DNA from: Candidatus Woesearchaeota archaeon
GTDB taxonomy: Archaea; Nanobdellota; Nanobdellia; Woesearchaeales; SM23-78
NCBI GenBank assembly: GCA_016935175.1
Contig: JAFGRK010000032.1
Span: 1,719-65,718 of the forward strand
DNA length: 64,000 bases
Direction: 5' to 3'
Shown in pieces: positions 63,909 to 64,000 of this stretch; within the stretch, counting starts at the first letter, position 1, and every line of letters begins with the position of its first letter. A program made the translations under genes and the position numbers. A model generated the notes under the pieces. It was given only the letters and a program-made list of their open reading frames with translations. It was not told where the DNA came from and did not search any database.

Positions 63909-64000
63909 GCCATACTAAAATCCTTAGAATAAGGTATTTATAAAAAAAGACCAAAATAAATTATTTTTGTAATATTCTTTACTAAATTTATATCTACACT

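Overview
This 64-kb window looks archaeal and gene-dense, most likely from a small-genome DPANN-like archaeon. The supporting features are an archaeal proteasome beta subunit, aCPSF1/FttA, ribosomal proteins L10e and S6e, a NOG1-type GTPase, pilins with class III signal peptides, a recurring BRE/TATA promoter motif ('aaaactttaaata', often 25-30 nt before the start codon, implying leaderless mRNAs), and tRNAs with non-canonical introns.

Major contents:
- A type IV pilus-like locus spanning 2430..10870: four proteins with pilin-like signal peptides, a PilB/FlaI-family ATPase, a split TadC/FlaJ-like membrane component, and two paralogous pilins.
- Translation and housekeeping genes: psmB, fttA, rpl10e, rps6e, argS, purA, purB.
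- A nucleotide/amino-acid salvage-like cluster: PfkB kinase, M20 peptidase, LOG-like protein, HAL-family lyase, nucleoside hydrolase, CYTH.
- A minus-strand operon of secreted Tyr-rich low-complexity proteins plus an acidic repeat protein.
- A cysteine-rich tandem-repeat lipoprotein-like gene in an AT-rich islet next to tRNA-Pro.
- A serpin, a JAMM protease, two radical-SAM proteins, and a minimal K+ channel.
- Two tandem giant proteins with C-terminal kinase-like domains.
- A ternary module (MoxR-like AAA+ ATPase, a MIB/HERC2-like + HExxH protein, and a vWA protein) lying immediately downstream of a truncated Hel308-like helicase gene.

The most unusual non-coding signal is a five-copy family of 120-160 nt structured intergenic repeats. 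Each has complementary termini ('gaaaaagtYgcc...ggcRacttttt') and a conserved G/C core ('cgggggNNgcccc..ggggtg').

Two tRNAs (Gln-CUG with two introns, Pro-CGG with a D-arm intron) and one scrambled tRNA-like locus were found by eye. I saw no rRNA, CRISPR array, transposase or integrase.

All calls are made by eye from the translations and sequence, without database searches. Some starts in the ORF track use TTG/GTG; where an ATG with a TATA box at the right distance exists, I note the likely start.
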